This document shows, one piece after another, positions 39,026 to 50,508 of a stretch of DNA of 64,000 nucleotides. The notes beneath the pieces were generated by a model that saw only the letters and a list, made by a program, of their open reading frames with translations, made no database searches and had not been told where the DNA came from. Position numbers and translations under genes: made by a program. Numbering within the stretch: the first letter of the stretch is position 1; each line of letters opens with the position of its first letter. The stretch comes from Flavobacteriaceae bacterium (GTDB taxonomy: Bacteria; Bacteroidota; Bacteroidia; Flavobacteriales; Flavobacteriaceae), in assembly GCA_018657955.1 (NCBI GenBank), contig JABHWD010000020.1, positions 130,891 to 194,890 on the forward strand, given 5' to 3'.

Positions 39026-40114
39026 TTACGAAAAATAGCTAAAATTATCTCCATCTTTAATTTTTAATACAGAATGATAAATCATTTTAATTACATTTTC
39101 AACATCATTTCTATGAACCATCTCAACAGTAGTATGCATATATCTCAATGGTAGAGAAATAAGTGCAGAGGGGACACCACCATTACTATAAGCAAAAGCA
39201 TCAGTATCTGTCCCTGTATATCTAGATGATGCCGCCCTTTGGAAAGGAATTTTATTTTCTTCTGCTACTTTAATAATTAGTTCTCTTAGTTTTTGTTGAA
39301 CTGCAGGAGCATAAGTAATTACAGGGCCTTTATTTAGCTCACAACTGCCTTGCTTTTTCTGATCAATCATTGGAGTTGTTGTATCATGAGTTACATCAGT
39401 AACAATTGCTACGTTTGGCTTTATTGTTTCAGTTATCATTTCGGCTCCTCTTAGCCCTATCTCTTCTTGAACGGAATTAGTTATATAAAGACCAAAAGGT
39501 AATTTTTTCTTATTTTCATGAAGTAAACGAGCTACTTCTGCAATCATAAACCCGCCCATTCTATTATCTAATGCTCTACAAACAAAATTATCTTTATTTA
39601 GAATATGAAACTCGTCAGGATATGTAATAACACATCCTACATGAACACCAAGTTTTTCAACATCTTTCTTTTTTTTGCATCCTACATCAATAAAAATATT
39701 TTCAAGCTTAGGGGGTTCTTCTTTAGAAAAAGATCTTGTATGAATTGCAGGCCATCCAAAAACTCCTTTAACAATACCCTTTTTTGTATGTATATTAACA
39801 ACTTTGCTTGGAGCAATTTGATGATCACTTCCTCCATTTCTAATAACTGATATTAATCCTTTATCAGAGATGTAATTAACATACCAAGATATTTCATCCG
39901 CATGACCCTCAATTACAACTTTATATTTACTTTTCGGATTGATTACACCTACAGCAGTTCCATATGAATCTGTTATAAATTCATCTACGTATGGTTTTAA
40001 ATAATTCATCCAGATTTTTTGTCCTTCCCATTCATATCCTGTTGGAGATGCATTGTTTAGATATTTTTCTAAAAATACTAGAGACTTTTTTGATATGACA
40101 CTTTTATTCTTCAT
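39026..40114 (-). CDS. M42 family metallopeptidase (glutamyl aminopeptidase / endoglucanase-like)
   Basis: 362 aa. EGHADEI, RALDNRMGG, VQEEIGLRGA and a DVTHDT-type metal-ligand layout. Confidence 0.85.
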   Translation of the reverse strand: MKNKSVISKKSLVFLEKYLNNASPTGYEWEGQKIWMNYLKPYVDEFITDSYGTAVGVINPKSKYKVVIEGHADEISWYVNYISDKGLISVIRNGGSDHQIAPSKVVNIHTKKGIVKGVFGWPAIHTRSFSKEEPPKLENIFIDVGCKKKKDVEKLGVHVGCVITYPDEFHILNKDNFVCRALDNRMGGFMIAEVARLLHENKKKLPFGLYITNSVQEEIGLRGAEMITETIKPNVAIVTDVTHDTTTPMIDQKKQGSCELNKGPVITYAPAVQQKLRELIIKVAEENKIPFQRAASSRYTGTDTDAFAYSNGGVPSALISLPLRYMHTTVEMVHRNDVENVIKMIYHSVLKIKDGDNFSYFS

Positions 40115-40238
40115 GTTTGCGAGTAATTATAAAATTTTTCTAAAAAAAGTATTTCTGTAAAAATAAGATGATTTCTTTATTTTTAGCCATAATTTAATGT
40201 ATTAATTTTATTTACTAAAAAAGTTTTATTATTTAACA

Positions 40239-40895
40239 ATGTCAAGAGTTGTATTTTTTCTTTTTTTTCTGAGCTCTACTATAGCTATTTCTCAAGTGGT
40301 AGAGTCTGACTCTCTAGTTAATTATATAAAGATAAAAGGCGATTCTATTGTTAGAAGTTCAATAGATTTAGATAAGGTTGTTTTATTGCCAAAAAAAGGA
40401 TTTAAAGACTCTAATGAGATTAAAAATTATCTAATACTTAAACGAAAAACACTTAAAGTGTATAGCTATGCTATTTTAGCTTCAAATAGATTAACTATAT
40501 TAAATGAGAGATTAGTTAATATAAAAAGAAGAAGAGATAGGAAAAATTATACAAAAAAAATTCAAAAATTCATTGTAAATGAATTCTACGATGAATTAAG
40601 AAAATTTACACAAACTGAAGGTCAAATCTTAATTAAACTAATACATCGTCAAACAGGAACGTCAGCTTATAAGCTTATTAAAGAGATAAGAAATGGCTGG
40701 AGTGCTTTCTGGTATAATAATACTGCTAGAATATTTAATATGTCTTTAAAAAAAGAGTTTGATCCATATACAGTTGAAGAAGATTATTTCATTGAAGATA
40801 TAATTCAAAGAGCATTAAGGGATAAAAAATTAGAATACCAAGAGCCAAACACGACTTATGATCTATTTGAATTAAATAAAAAATGGGAAAAATAA
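40239..40895 (+). CDS. Hypothetical secreted protein (resembles the Bacteroidota DUF4294 family)
   Basis: 218 aa with a signal peptide, then a basic helical region LKRKTLKVYSYAILASNRL... The family assignment is from memory only. Confidence 0.45.
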   Translation: MSRVVFFLFFLSSTIAISQVVESDSLVNYIKIKGDSIVRSSIDLDKVVLLPKKGFKDSNEIKNYLILKRKTLKVYSYAILASNRLTILNERLVNIKRRRDRKNYTKKIQKFIVNEFYDELRKFTQTEGQILIKLIHRQTGTSAYKLIKEIRNGWSAFWYNNTARIFNMSLKKEFDPYTVEEDYFIEDIIQRALRDKKLEYQEPNTTYDLFELNKKWEK

Positions 40896-40920
40896 ATTAA
40901 CAATTGATTTGTTAACTAAA

Positions 40921-41652
40921 TCATTCAAGAACCATAATTAATCTAGGAGAGGAGTCTTTATTAAAACTATTAAAATGATAATCTCCAAACTTTTCCTTAA
41001 GCTCTATATTGCAATTTTCAAACATTGTTAAAAAATCTTCAACTCTGTATGCTTTTACTTTTTCTTGAAATTTATACTGTTTGTTGTTCGAGTCAATTGT
41101 AATATCCTTAATTAATAAGTTATTTTCTAAATACCTATGGATTACAAAGTTTGTTTGATCAACTGTTTTCTCTTCATATTTGATAAGATTGTCTAGTACA
41201 TAATCAATATTGAAAAAGTCAATAACTGCCTGTCCTTTACTGTTTAAATTAGATTTAATGCTATTTACAACACTAATATTGTCATCATCTTTTTCATAAT
41301 ACCCAAAACTTGTAAATAGATTCAAAATAATATCAAATTTTTGATTAAGAGGATATCGCATATCATGAATCATGTATTTTAGATTATCAGATTCATTTTC
41401 CTTTGCTTTAATAATATTATCTCTAGAAATATCAATTCCTGTTACCCTGTGCCCAATTGTATTTAAATAAACACTATATCTCCCTCTACCGCAGGCTAAA
41501 TCAAGAATTGAAGAATTTTTACTAATCTTTAAATGATTGATTAAATTATTCATAAAATATGTAGCCTCAGAGTAATCCCTTTCTTTATACAATTGATGAT
41601 AAAATGGTGAGTTAAACCAATTTAAATACCATTCTGATTTGTTGTTTGTCAT
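40921..41652 (-). CDS. Class I SAM-dependent methyltransferase
   Basis: 243 aa. Motif I is ILDLACGRGRYS, with the downstream motifs DIILNLFTSFGY. Confidence 0.8.
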   Translation of the reverse strand: MTNNKSEWYLNWFNSPFYHQLYKERDYSEATYFMNNLINHLKISKNSSILDLACGRGRYSVYLNTIGHRVTGIDISRDNIIKAKENESDNLKYMIHDMRYPLNQKFDIILNLFTSFGYYEKDDDNISVVNSIKSNLNSKGQAVIDFFNIDYVLDNLIKYEEKTVDQTNFVIHRYLENNLLIKDITIDSNNKQYKFQEKVKAYRVEDFLTMFENCNIELKEKFGDYHFNSFNKDSSPRLIMVLE

Positions 41653-41710
41653 TAATTACCAAGATAACTCTTAAAAAATAAAGTATTTTTGATTTTGATA
41701 GAAATAATTT

Positions 41711-42868
41711 ATGGATGAAAATTTTAAAATGGTGGCAAAAACCTTTTACGGGTTTGAAGATATATTGTCAAAAGAGCTATTGACTTTAGGAGCCCAAAAT
41801 ATTGAAAAGGGCTCTAGAAGTGTTAGTTTCTATGGAGATAAAGGATTTATGTATAAAGCAAATCTGAGTCTTAGAACAGCTATTAAAATTTTAAAACCAA
41901 TAAGATCTTTTAAATTTAAAGATCAAGATGATTTTTATAATAATTTATATAAAATTAATTGGGAAAAGCATTTAGATAAAGACGGTTCCTTCCTTGTAAG
42001 CTCTATTGTATTTCATTCTGAGATTTTTAATCACTCAAAGTATGTGTCACAAAAAGTGAAAGATGCTGTTGTAGATCGTTTTAGAGATTTATTTAAAAAA
42101 AGACCAGATGTTGAGCTAAAAGTTCCTGACTTAAGAATTAATATTCATATAAACAGAAACACCTGTAATGTTTCTTTAGATAGTTCTGGAGAGTCTTTAC
42201 ACAAAAGGGGGTATAAAGCTTTTGCCACTGTTGCACCTATCAATGAAATTTTGGCTGCTGGAATTATTATGATGTCTGAATGGAATGCCGATACTGATTT
42301 TTTAGATCCAATGTGTGGTGGCGGAACTATTCTTATTGAAGCAGCAATGATAGCATCTAATATGGCTCCAAATTTAAATAGAAATGAATTTGCTTTTGAA
42401 AAATGGAAGGACTGGGATGAAGATTTATTTCAGGTAATTGAAAAATCTGTTATTAGTAAAATAATAAAATTTGAACATAAAATTTATGGTTATGATATCT
42501 CTGGAGGCGTTATAAAAAAGGCAATAGAAAACATTAAAAATGCTGAATTAGAAATAGAGATTAGTGTTGAGAAAAAAGATTTTTTTACTACCTCTAAAGA
42601 AAACGACTCAAGACTTCATATTCTCTTTAATCCTCCATATGATAAAAGGATTTCTTATGATATTGAAGATTTATACACCAAGATTGGAGATACTTTAAAA
42701 AACAACTATGCTAATTCAAATGTTTGGTTAATTACAAGTAATATTGAAGCTTTAAAGCATATAGCGCTTCACACATCAAAAAAAATAAAGCTATATAATT
42801 CTAATTTGGAGTCTAAATTGGTTAATTATGATATATATGAGGGGTCTAAAAAGAAAAAGAAGATTTAG
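41711..42868 (+). CDS. THUMP-domain RNA methyltransferase (RlmL/UPF0020-like)
   Basis: 385 aa. An N-terminal THUMP-like region is followed by DPMCGGGTILIEAA (SAM binding) and the catalytic NPPYD motif. Confidence 0.8.
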   Translation: MDENFKMVAKTFYGFEDILSKELLTLGAQNIEKGSRSVSFYGDKGFMYKANLSLRTAIKILKPIRSFKFKDQDDFYNNLYKINWEKHLDKDGSFLVSSIVFHSEIFNHSKYVSQKVKDAVVDRFRDLFKKRPDVELKVPDLRINIHINRNTCNVSLDSSGESLHKRGYKAFATVAPINEILAAGIIMMSEWNADTDFLDPMCGGGTILIEAAMIASNMAPNLNRNEFAFEKWKDWDEDLFQVIEKSVISKIIKFEHKIYGYDISGGVIKKAIENIKNAELEIEISVEKKDFFTTSKENDSRLHILFNPPYDKRISYDIEDLYTKIGDTLKNNYANSNVWLITSNIEALKHIALHTSKKIKLYNSNLESKLVNYDIYEGSKKKKKI

Positions 42869-43573
42869 TTATTTTTTTATAATTGGAATAAGATAAGATA
42901 TTGAATAGCTGAATCCAGATCCTAAGGTAGAGCTATCATATGTGCGATTAAATCCTGGAATATAAATATTATCAATATTATCTTTTGTTTTTTCAGAGAT
43001 AAGATTCTTTAACTGCACATTAAAGCCTAAGAATAAATTATTTAAAATTTGAGTTTTAGCTCCTATAACAAACTCCATCCATAAAGCATTTAGATCGTCA
43101 TTGATAATAGGATTGTGTGATGAGACTTGACCCCAAGTTTGATTATTAGTATCATATATTGTGTAGCTGTTTACAGTTTGGCTGAAATTAGAAAAACCAA
43201 TCCTAAATCCAGCATAAATTAAATTATCCATTCCTAGCCAATTATTATACATATTGTAATCTCCTCCAACTTTTAAATAATTCCCTTTAGATTCGGTATT
43301 TAAATAGTCATTAGCTGTAATTTTCTTTTCTGTTCCCACCTCAGAAGAGATGTATATATTTTTTAAGATTCTGAAATCAGCATTTATTTCAATCCCCTCA
43401 TAATCATCATTGAAAGCTGAATTTAAAATCTTACTTAAATCCGTGCCTATTCTTAATCCAAACTTATTCTTAAATGATATAGAATCATTTTCAGTCTGAG
43501 AAAACAAGCTAAGATTGAAGTTAAAAAGCAGTATTATACTAATGTAATATTTTAACATGTGCTTGATTTTCAC
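42869..43573 (-). CDS. Hypothetical outer-membrane beta-barrel-like protein
   Basis: 234 aa with a signal peptide and alternating hydrophobic beta-strand patterning rich in Y/G/N. It is the last gene of the rlmD-led minus-strand string. It may correspond to a Flavobacteria DUF family usually found beside rlmD; this is from memory and unverified. Confidence 0.45.
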   Translation of the reverse strand: MKIKHMLKYYISIILLFNFNLSLFSQTENDSISFKNKFGLRIGTDLSKILNSAFNDDYEGIEINADFRILKNIYISSEVGTEKKITANDYLNTESKGNYLKVGGDYNMYNNWLGMDNLIYAGFRIGFSNFSQTVNSYTIYDTNNQTWGQVSSHNPIINDDLNALWMEFVIGAKTQILNNLFLGFNVQLKNLISEKTKDNIDNIYIPGFNRTYDSSTLGSGFSYSISYLIPIIKK

Positions 43574-44060
43574 TAGTTACTATTGGGTTAATAATTTCAT
43601 ATCCTCCTATCCAGTCAACAACTGGAGTATCTACTGACGGGTCATAGGGAATTAACGATAAAATAGAATAGTTGGTAATAAATCCACATGCTCTTGAAAT
43701 AAAAACATCTGTCATTTCATAGTCTATATATACATGATTTAGATCTCCAAAGATTATATTGCCTTCAACAGAATAATTTTTAATAAACTTAAAGTTTGAT
43801 ACTCCAATATCATTTCTTAATGGAATTGCAATTGAATCAGTGTTTATGCCATTAATATTTTCAATTAAAATCAATTCAGAGTCTTTTATTGCATAAACTG
43901 CCAAAGATTCTACTGTTTTACTTTGCTGTGGGTCTAGAAGATCATAAAAAGTAACTACTAACTGAGGCGTTGTTTGTGTTGACTCTGGACAAATATCATC
44001 TTTTTCACAACTTATTATAAGAAATGACATTGTTAATAATATTAGCTTAAAATGATTCAT
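43539..44060 (-). CDS. Hypothetical lipoprotein
   Basis: 173 aa with lipobox LIISC. It starts directly after the rlmD stop, with no intergenic gap. Confidence 0.45.
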   Translation of the reverse strand: MNHFKLILLTMSFLIISCEKDDICPESTQTTPQLVVTFYDLLDPQQSKTVESLAVYAIKDSELILIENINGINTDSIAIPLRNDIGVSNFKFIKNYSVEGNIIFGDLNHVYIDYEMTDVFISRACGFITNYSILSLIPYDPSVDTPVVDWIGGYEIINPIVTSENQAHVKILH

Positions 44061-45467
44061 CTATCTTTTTTCCAAAAGTACAACATTTTCTACATGATAA
44101 GTCTGAGGAAACATATCAATTGATTGAGAGCAAACAATTTCATAAAAATCCTTAAATAAATCTAAATCTCTAGCCTGAGTTGCGCTATTACAGCTAACGT
44201 ATATAATTTTTTTTGGCCCTATATCTAATAGATTAGTTAATGCTTTTTTATGCATGCCTGATCTTGGAGGATCAATAATTACTGTATCTGGCATGCCATT
44301 TTCTTTCACAAAATCATTGTTAAGTACATTTTTAATTTCGCCAGTAAAAAAACTAACATTTTTTATAGAGTTCAATGTTAAATTTTCCTTAGCTGCGAGA
44401 ACTGCCTCATTAACAGTCTCAATTCCTATAACTTTTTTAGCCTGATTAGCAATAAAAATTGATATTGTTCCAATACCAGAATATAGGTCATAAACAACTT
44501 CGTTAGATTTGATCTTAGCAAAATTCTTTACAATTTTATATAACTCTTTTGTTTGATTAGAATTGGTTTGGTAGAATGATTTAGAGTCTATTTTGAATTT
44601 AAAATTTAGAATCTTTTCATATATATGATCTCTCCCATAATAACAATGGATTTTTTGATCATAAATAGTGTCATTTGCTTTTTTATTTATAACATATAAA
44701 AGAGAGGTAATCTTAGGGAACTCATTTATTAATTTATCTAAAAGAGTAGTAATTTGTTTACTTCTTCTATAGAATTGAATTAGAACCATAATTTCACCAG
44801 TTGTAGATGTTCTTATCATCATAGTTCTTAAATCCCCTGTATTATTTTTATAATCAAAAAAATCTAAACCAATTTTAATGGAGTTTATTCTAACAAAATT
44901 TCTAATTCTATTAGATGGATTTTTTTGTAGCCAACATTTGTCAATATCCACAACCTTATTCCACATTCCAGGAACATGAAATCCTAATGCATTCTTATTT
45001 TCAATAACTTGGTTAGATTCTATTTCTGAGCGGGTTAGCCATTTTGAATTACTAAAAGAGAACTCTAATTTGTTTCTGTAATAGTAATCCTTTTTTGATC
45101 CTATAATAGGTAGAATTCTTGCAGGCTTTACATTTCCTATTCTTTCTAAGTTAGTTATAACTTCTTTTTCTTTGTATTCTAATTGTTTTTCGTAAGTCAT
45201 GTTCTGCCAGCTACAACCTCCACATGTTTGAAAGTGTATGCATTTTGGCTCAATCCTAAAACTAGAACCTTTAATTATTCTAAGAACTTTTCCTTCATAA
45301 TATGATTTGCGTTTTTTATTCACCTGTACATCTATAATATCTCCAGGAACAGCATCATTTAATATAATAATTCTTCCATCGGGTGCTTTTCCTATGCTTT
45401 TCCCCTTAGCTCCGGCATCGGTAACTTTTATTTTTGAAAACACCATTGGTAAAGGTTTTTTTCTCAT
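44061..45467 (-). CDS. rlmD: 23S rRNA (uracil-C5)-methyltransferase RlmD/RumA family
   Basis: 468 aa. It has an N-terminal TRAM domain, an Fe-S cysteine cluster CIHFQTCGGCSWQ, SAM motif DLYSGIGT, DPPRSG, and the catalytic-Cys region YVSCN. Confidence 0.88.
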   Translation of the reverse strand: MRKKPLPMVFSKIKVTDAGAKGKSIGKAPDGRIIILNDAVPGDIIDVQVNKKRKSYYEGKVLRIIKGSSFRIEPKCIHFQTCGGCSWQNMTYEKQLEYKEKEVITNLERIGNVKPARILPIIGSKKDYYYRNKLEFSFSNSKWLTRSEIESNQVIENKNALGFHVPGMWNKVVDIDKCWLQKNPSNRIRNFVRINSIKIGLDFFDYKNNTGDLRTMMIRTSTTGEIMVLIQFYRRSKQITTLLDKLINEFPKITSLLYVINKKANDTIYDQKIHCYYGRDHIYEKILNFKFKIDSKSFYQTNSNQTKELYKIVKNFAKIKSNEVVYDLYSGIGTISIFIANQAKKVIGIETVNEAVLAAKENLTLNSIKNVSFFTGEIKNVLNNDFVKENGMPDTVIIDPPRSGMHKKALTNLLDIGPKKIIYVSCNSATQARDLDLFKDFYEIVCSQSIDMFPQTYHVENVVLLEKR

Positions 45468-45518
45468 CTTGATTGAAATTCGTTAATTTGTGCTAATTTA
45501 AAAACTATAATTTACATA

Positions 45519-46751
45519 ATGGATAATTTAACCTCACAAAACATTATAGAGTTAGAATACAAGTTTGGCGCACATAACTATCATCCCTTACCTGTTGTGT
45601 TAAAAGAAGGTAAGGGTGTTTTTGTTTGGGATATTGAGGGAAAAAAATATTATGATTTTTTATCTGCTTATTCTGCGGTTAATCAAGGTCATTGTCATCC
45701 TGTCATTATCAAAGCTTTAATTGATCAATCCAAAAAATTAACATTGACTTCAAGAGCTTTTCATAATAATGTGTTAGGGAATTATGAAAAATATATCACT
45801 AGCCTGTTTGGTTATGATAAAGTATTACCCATGAATACTGGAGTAGAAGGAGGGGAGACGGCAGTTAAATTAGCTAGAAAATGGGCTTATGAAGTAAAGA
45901 AAGTTCCTGCTAATCAAGCAAAAATAATTTTTGTAGAAGGAAATTTTTGGGGAAGAACTTTAGGGGCGATTTCTTCATCTACTGATCCTTCTAGCACAAC
46001 AGGGTTTGGCCCTTTTATGCCTGGGTATGAAATTATACCATATAACGATATTTTTGCACTTAAAAACGCTTTAAAAGATCCAAATGTCGCTGCCTTTATG
46101 GTAGAGCCTATTCAGGGAGAAGCTGGAGTTGTTGTTCCAGATAGTGATTATTTATCTAAGGCTTTTAGTCTCTGTCAAAAATCAAATGTTTTATTTATTG
46201 CTGATGAGGTTCAGACAGGTATTGGAAGAACTGGAAAAATGTTATGCTGTGATCATCATAATTTTAAACCAGATATACTTATTCTTGGCAAAGCCCTTTC
46301 AGGTGGCGTTTTTCCGGTTTCTGCTATACTTTCTTCAGATGAAGTAATGCTTACCATAAAACCAGGTGAGCATGGCTCTACTTTTGGAGGAAATCCTCTA
46401 GCTTGTGAGGTTGCTATAGCTGCATTAGATGTCATTGAAAAGGAGAATATGATTGAGAATGCTGAAAAATTAGGCAAAATATTCAGAAAAGAGATTAATG
46501 ATTTTATTAAAAATAGTTCAATCACGAAACTTGTAAGGGGAAAAGGCCTGTTAAATGCAATTGTTATAAATGATGATGAAAATGGAGATACTGCCTGGAA
46601 TATTTGCATGTCAATGGCAGAGAAAGGGTTACTTGCAAAACCTACGCATGGAAATATAATTAGATTTGCTCCTCCTTTGATAATTAATGAAGAGCAATTA
46701 AAAGATTGTATAAAAATTATTACAACTACTCTTAATGAGTTCGATAAATAG
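45519..46751 (+). CDS. rocD: Ornithine aminotransferase (class III PLP aminotransferase)
   Basis: 410 aa. [35 protein letters not shown] and STFGGNPLA. Confidence 0.88.
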   Translation: MDNLTSQNIIELEYKFGAHNYHPLPVVLKEGKGVFVWDIEGKKYYDFLSAYSAVNQGHCHPVIIKALIDQSKKLTLTSRAFHNNVLGNYEKYITSLFGYDKVLPMNTGVEGGETAVKLARKWAYEVKKVPANQAKIIFVEGNFWGRTLGAISSSTDPSSTTGFGPFMPGYEIIPYNDIFALKNALKDPNVAAFMVEPIQGEAGVVVPDSDYLSKAFSLCQKSNVLFIADEVQTGIGRTGKMLCCDHHNFKPDILILGKALSGGVFPVSAILSSDEVMLTIKPGEHGSTFGGNPLACEVAIAALDVIEKENMIENAEKLGKIFRKEINDFIKNSSITKLVRGKGLLNAIVINDDENGDTAWNICMSMAEKGLLAKPTHGNIIRFAPPLIINEEQLKDCIKIITTTLNEFDK

Positions 46752-46780
46752 CTTTTATTTACTAAAACATATACTTTATT

Positions 46781-49336
46781 ATGAAAACTTACAATTACAC
46801 AAAATTCTTAACTGTTTTTTTTACTCTAATCTTATTTAGCTTTACTTCATATTCACAAGAAACAGATGAAAAGGTTGAAGATGCTAAAGAAGAAAAAGCT
46901 GATAAGAAAAAAAAGAAAAAAACTTATTCTGACATTGTTAATGACAAAACCATAACTGATACTGGTTTATTTGATGTTCATAAGGTCGAGGATAAATATT
47001 ACTATGAAATAAACGATAGTCTGCTAGGTAGAGATATGTTAATGGTAACAAGAATAGTTAATATGTCTAAAGAAATCTCTATAAGCCGTCATAAAATGAG
47101 TGAGCAAGTTTTAAGTTGGCAAAAATTTGATAATCACATCTTGTTAAAAGAAATTTCATATTCAAATTACGCTTCTGATTCGCTGCCAATAAAGGAGGCA
47201 GTTTCAAATGCTAATTTTGAACCTATAATTGCTAGTTTTAAAATTGAAGTTGAAAATAAAGACAAAAACTCTGTAGTCATTGATGTTACAGATCTCTATA
47301 AAAAGGATATAAAATCATTTGGCTATCCACAATCAAGTCGAAAGAGAAATAAAATAACAGGTTTAGACACTAAACTATCATTTATAGAATCTATTAGAAG
47401 TTTCCCTATGAATGTTGAAGCTAAGCATATAAAGACGTATAAGTCTTCTGAGGCAAAAAATGGTCAGATTTCTATGCTTTTAAATAATTCAATGATCTTA
47501 TTGGCAAAAGTTCCAATGAAAAGAAGGTATTATGATGAAAGAGTAGGATGGTTTACGACTAGTCAAACAGATTATGGAATTGATAATCAAGAAGCAGAAA
47601 CTGTAAAATATCTAGACAGATGGCGATTAGAAGTAAAAGATGAAGATATTGAAAAATTTAAAAAAGGGGAATTAGTTAAACCAAAAAAACCGATAGTATA
47701 TTATATTGATAGAGCAACTCCAAAAAAGTGGAGAAAATATATTAAACAAGGAATTGAAGATTGGCAAGCAGCATTTGAGGCTGCTGGTTTTAAAAATGCT
47801 ATTCTGGCAAAAGACCCTCCTAGTAAAGAAGAAGATCCTGATTGGAGCCCTGAAGATATTAGATACTCAGTTGTTAGATATTTAGCTTCACCCACTCTTA
47901 ATGCTAATGGCCCTCATGTAAGTGATCCTAGATCTGGTGAAATAATTGAGTCAGATATAAACTGGTATCATAATATTATGAAATTACTTAGAAACTGGTA
48001 TTTTGTACAAACTTCAGCAGTGGATCCCGAGGCTAGAGGAATTGAATTTAAAAATGAATTAATGGGTGAATTATTACGATTTGTTAGTGCACATGAGGTT
48101 GGTCATACTTTAGGTTTGCCTCATAATATGGGCAGTAGTAGTGCATTTCCAGTTGATTCTTTAAGATCAGCAACTTTTACCCAAAAATATGGAACCGCTC
48201 CATCTATTATGGATTACGCTAGATTTAATTATGTAGCTCAACCTGGGGATAAAGGAGTTGCATTAATACCATCTCACTGGGAAAGTCCTAATGTTGGAGT
48301 ATACGATAAATTTTCTGTTATGTGGGGTTACAAACCAATTCTTGATGTTTCTGAGGATGAAGAAAAGGATATATTAAAGAAATGGATTATTGATAAGGAG
48401 GATGATATGATGTATAGATTTGGGCCAAGTGGTGGTATTGACCCTAGCTCTCAAACTGAAGATTTAGGTGATGATGCTATTAAAGCTAGTGAATATGGAA
48501 TAAAAAATCTTAAGAGAATTATTCCAGAGCTTATGGAATGGACAACTGAAGATGGTGAAACATATGATGAGTTAGAATATATGTATGGACAAGTATTAGG
48601 TCAGTTTAGAAGATATATGGGGCATGTTGCAGCTAATATTGGGGGTGTCTATCAATATTATAAAACATCTGATCAAAAGGGCGCAGTATACACTCATGTA
48701 GATAAAAATTATCAAAAAGCCTGTGTAGCTTTTTTAAATCAACATTTATTTGAAACTCCTTACTGGATTATTAATAAAGATATTTTAAATAAAATTGAAT
48801 ACGCAGGAACTACAAATAGAATTAGATCGATGCAATCAAGCTATTTGAATAGAGTTCTTGATTTTGGAAGAATGGCAAGAATAATTGAGAATGAAGCTTT
48901 AAATGGATCAAACTCTTATTCATTGGTTGAGATGATGAGTGATTTAAAGGATGGAATATGGCCAGAATCAAAATACATATATGATCTTTCAAAGATAAGA
49001 GGAATCATGCAAAAAAATGATGTTTATAGAAGGAACTTGCAAAAAAGCTACATTAAAAGGTTAGGATATATTATGAAAAATGAACAAGAACAATCTTCAA
49101 GACCAGGATGGGGTGATTATATTACCACAATTAAAGTAGATGTATCAGATATTAGATCGGTTACAATAGAAACTCTTTTAGATCTAAAGAAGGATTTACA
49201 ATATGTGGTTAAAAAATACAAGAGCAGCATTAAAGGAAGCCCAAAAGATAAAATAATTAAGGGTCATTTAAATTATTGCATTACAATGATTGATGAAGCT
49301 ATGGGGAATTTGTACTATATTGAATATACTAACTAA
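46781..49336 (+). CDS. Large secreted zinc metalloprotease (HExxH...; Bacteroidota DUF5117/DUF4953-type)
   Basis: 851 aa with a signal peptide. The zinc site is SAHEVGHTLGLPHN followed by SIMDY. Confidence 0.8.
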   Translation: MKTYNYTKFLTVFFTLILFSFTSYSQETDEKVEDAKEEKADKKKKKKTYSDIVNDKTITDTGLFDVHKVEDKYYYEINDSLLGRDMLMVTRIVNMSKEISISRHKMSEQVLSWQKFDNHILLKEISYSNYASDSLPIKEAVSNANFEPIIASFKIEVENKDKNSVVIDVTDLYKKDIKSFGYPQSSRKRNKITGLDTKLSFIESIRSFPMNVEAKHIKTYKSSEAKNGQISMLLNNSMILLAKVPMKRRYYDERVGWFTTSQTDYGIDNQEAETVKYLDRWRLEVKDEDIEKFKKGELVKPKKPIVYYIDRATPKKWRKYIKQGIEDWQAAFEAAGFKNAILAKDPPSKEEDPDWSPEDIRYSVVRYLASPTLNANGPHVSDPRSGEIIESDINWYHNIMKLLRNWYFVQTSAVDPEARGIEFKNELMGELLRFVSAHEVGHTLGLPHNMGSSSAFPVDSLRSATFTQKYGTAPSIMDYARFNYVAQPGDKGVALIPSHWESPNVGVYDKFSVMWGYKPILDVSEDEEKDILKKWIIDKEDDMMYRFGPSGGIDPSSQTEDLGDDAIKASEYGIKNLKRIIPELMEWTTEDGETYDELEYMYGQVLGQFRRYMGHVAANIGGVYQYYKTSDQKGAVYTHVDKNYQKACVAFLNQHLFETPYWIINKDILNKIEYAGTTNRIRSMQSSYLNRVLDFGRMARIIENEALNGSNSYSLVEMMSDLKDGIWPESKYIYDLSKIRGIMQKNDVYRRNLQKSYIKRLGYIMKNEQEQSSRPGWGDYITTIKVDVSDIRSVTIETLLDLKKDLQYVVKKYKSSIKGSPKDKIIKGHLNYCITMIDEAMGNLYYIEYTN

Positions 49337-49341
49337 TTTTT

Positions 49342-50508
49342 ATGGACACATTTTCTAATACTTCCTATCAATGTTATTTTGATAATGCTGCAACCACAAG
49401 AGTAAGAGATGAGGTTGCTGATAAAATAATTGATGTGCTAAAAAATAACTACGGAAACCCTTCATCTACACATAGTTACGGCAGACCTTCTAAATCTTTA
49501 ATTGAACTATCTAGAAAGGAAATTGCAGCACATTTAAATGTAAGTTCTTCTGAAATTATATTTACTTCTGGAGGCACTGAAGCTGATAATTTGATTCTTA
49601 GGAGTGCTGCGAGGGATCTAAATATAAAGCACTTTATATCATCAAAAATTGAACATCATGCTGTAACTCATACATTAGATGAATTGGAAAAGGATTATAA
49701 TGTGAAAGTTTCATTTGTTAATCTTGATGAAAATGGTATGGTTGATTATGATAATCTTAACGAGTTACTATCTAATTCTAAAGATAAATGTTTGGTTAGC
49801 TTAATGCATGTAAACAATGAAATTGGAAATATGCTTGATTTAGAAAGGGTTTCAAATTTATGTATAGAACATAATGCATTATTTCATAGTGATACAGTCC
49901 AGACTATAGGTCATTATAATATAGATCTTTCAAAAATAAAAATTGATTTTATTGTTGCAAGTGCACATAAATTTCATGGACCAAAAGGTGTTGGATTTGC
50001 ATATATAAATAAGTCCTCATCTTTAAGGCCTTTAATTTTTGGTGGAACGCAGGAGAGAGGTTATAGGGCAGGTACTGAGAGCGTCCACAATATTGTGGGT
50101 ATGTCAGAGGCTCTTAATATTTCTATAGCAAAACTAGATGAAGAAAAAACACACATATATAATCTTAAACAGTATTTTATTGATAAGCTAAAATCTTCTA
50201 TTAAAGGAGTTAAATTTAATGGGTGTTCTGGAGATATGAAAAAATCTACTTACACTCTTTTAAACATACAATTTCCAATTGAACAGTCTAAAGCAGAAAT
50301 GTTTTTATTTAAACTAGACTTAAAGGGAATAGCATGTTCTAAGGGTAGTGCGTGTCAAAGTGGAAGCGATGCAGGTTCGCATGTCTTAAATGAAGTCTTA
50401 TCTGGCGATGAACTAAATAAAGTCTCAATAAGATTTTCATTAAGTGTATATAATAAAAAAGAAGAAATAGACTTAGCTGTTAATGAAATAGTTAATCTAT
50501 TGAATTAG
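49342..50508 (+). CDS. Cysteine desulfurase (class V aminotransferase, NifS/IscS-like)
   Basis: 388 aa. GNPSSTHSYG, FTSGGTEADN, the PLP lysine SAHKFHGPKG, and the catalytic Cys region SKGSACQSG. Confidence 0.88.
   Translation: MDTFSNTSYQCYFDNAATTRVRDEVADKIIDVLKNNYGNPSSTHSYGRPSKSLIELSRKEIAAHLNVSSSEIIFTSGGTEADNLILRSAARDLNIKHFISSKIEHHAVTHTLDELEKDYNVKVSFVNLDENGMVDYDNLNELLSNSKDKCLVSLMHVNNEIGNMLDLERVSNLCIEHNALFHSDTVQTIGHYNIDLSKIKIDFIVASAHKFHGPKGVGFAYINKSSSLRPLIFGGTQERGYRAGTESVHNIVGMSEALNISIAKLDEEKTHIYNLKQYFIDKLKSSIKGVKFNGCSGDMKKSTYTLLNIQFPIEQSKAEMFLFKLDLKGIACSKGSACQSGSDAGSHVLNEVLSGDELNKVSIRFSLSVYNKKEEIDLAVNEIVNLLN

Noticed and set aside
46904-46923. A8-G-A7 homopolymer tract as a possible phase-variation slippage site in the metalloprotease gene
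   Set aside because: It encodes an in-frame lysine run in a low-complexity region just after the signal peptide. No alternative frame gives a sensible product, and similar A-runs occur in several core genes of this AT-rich genome.
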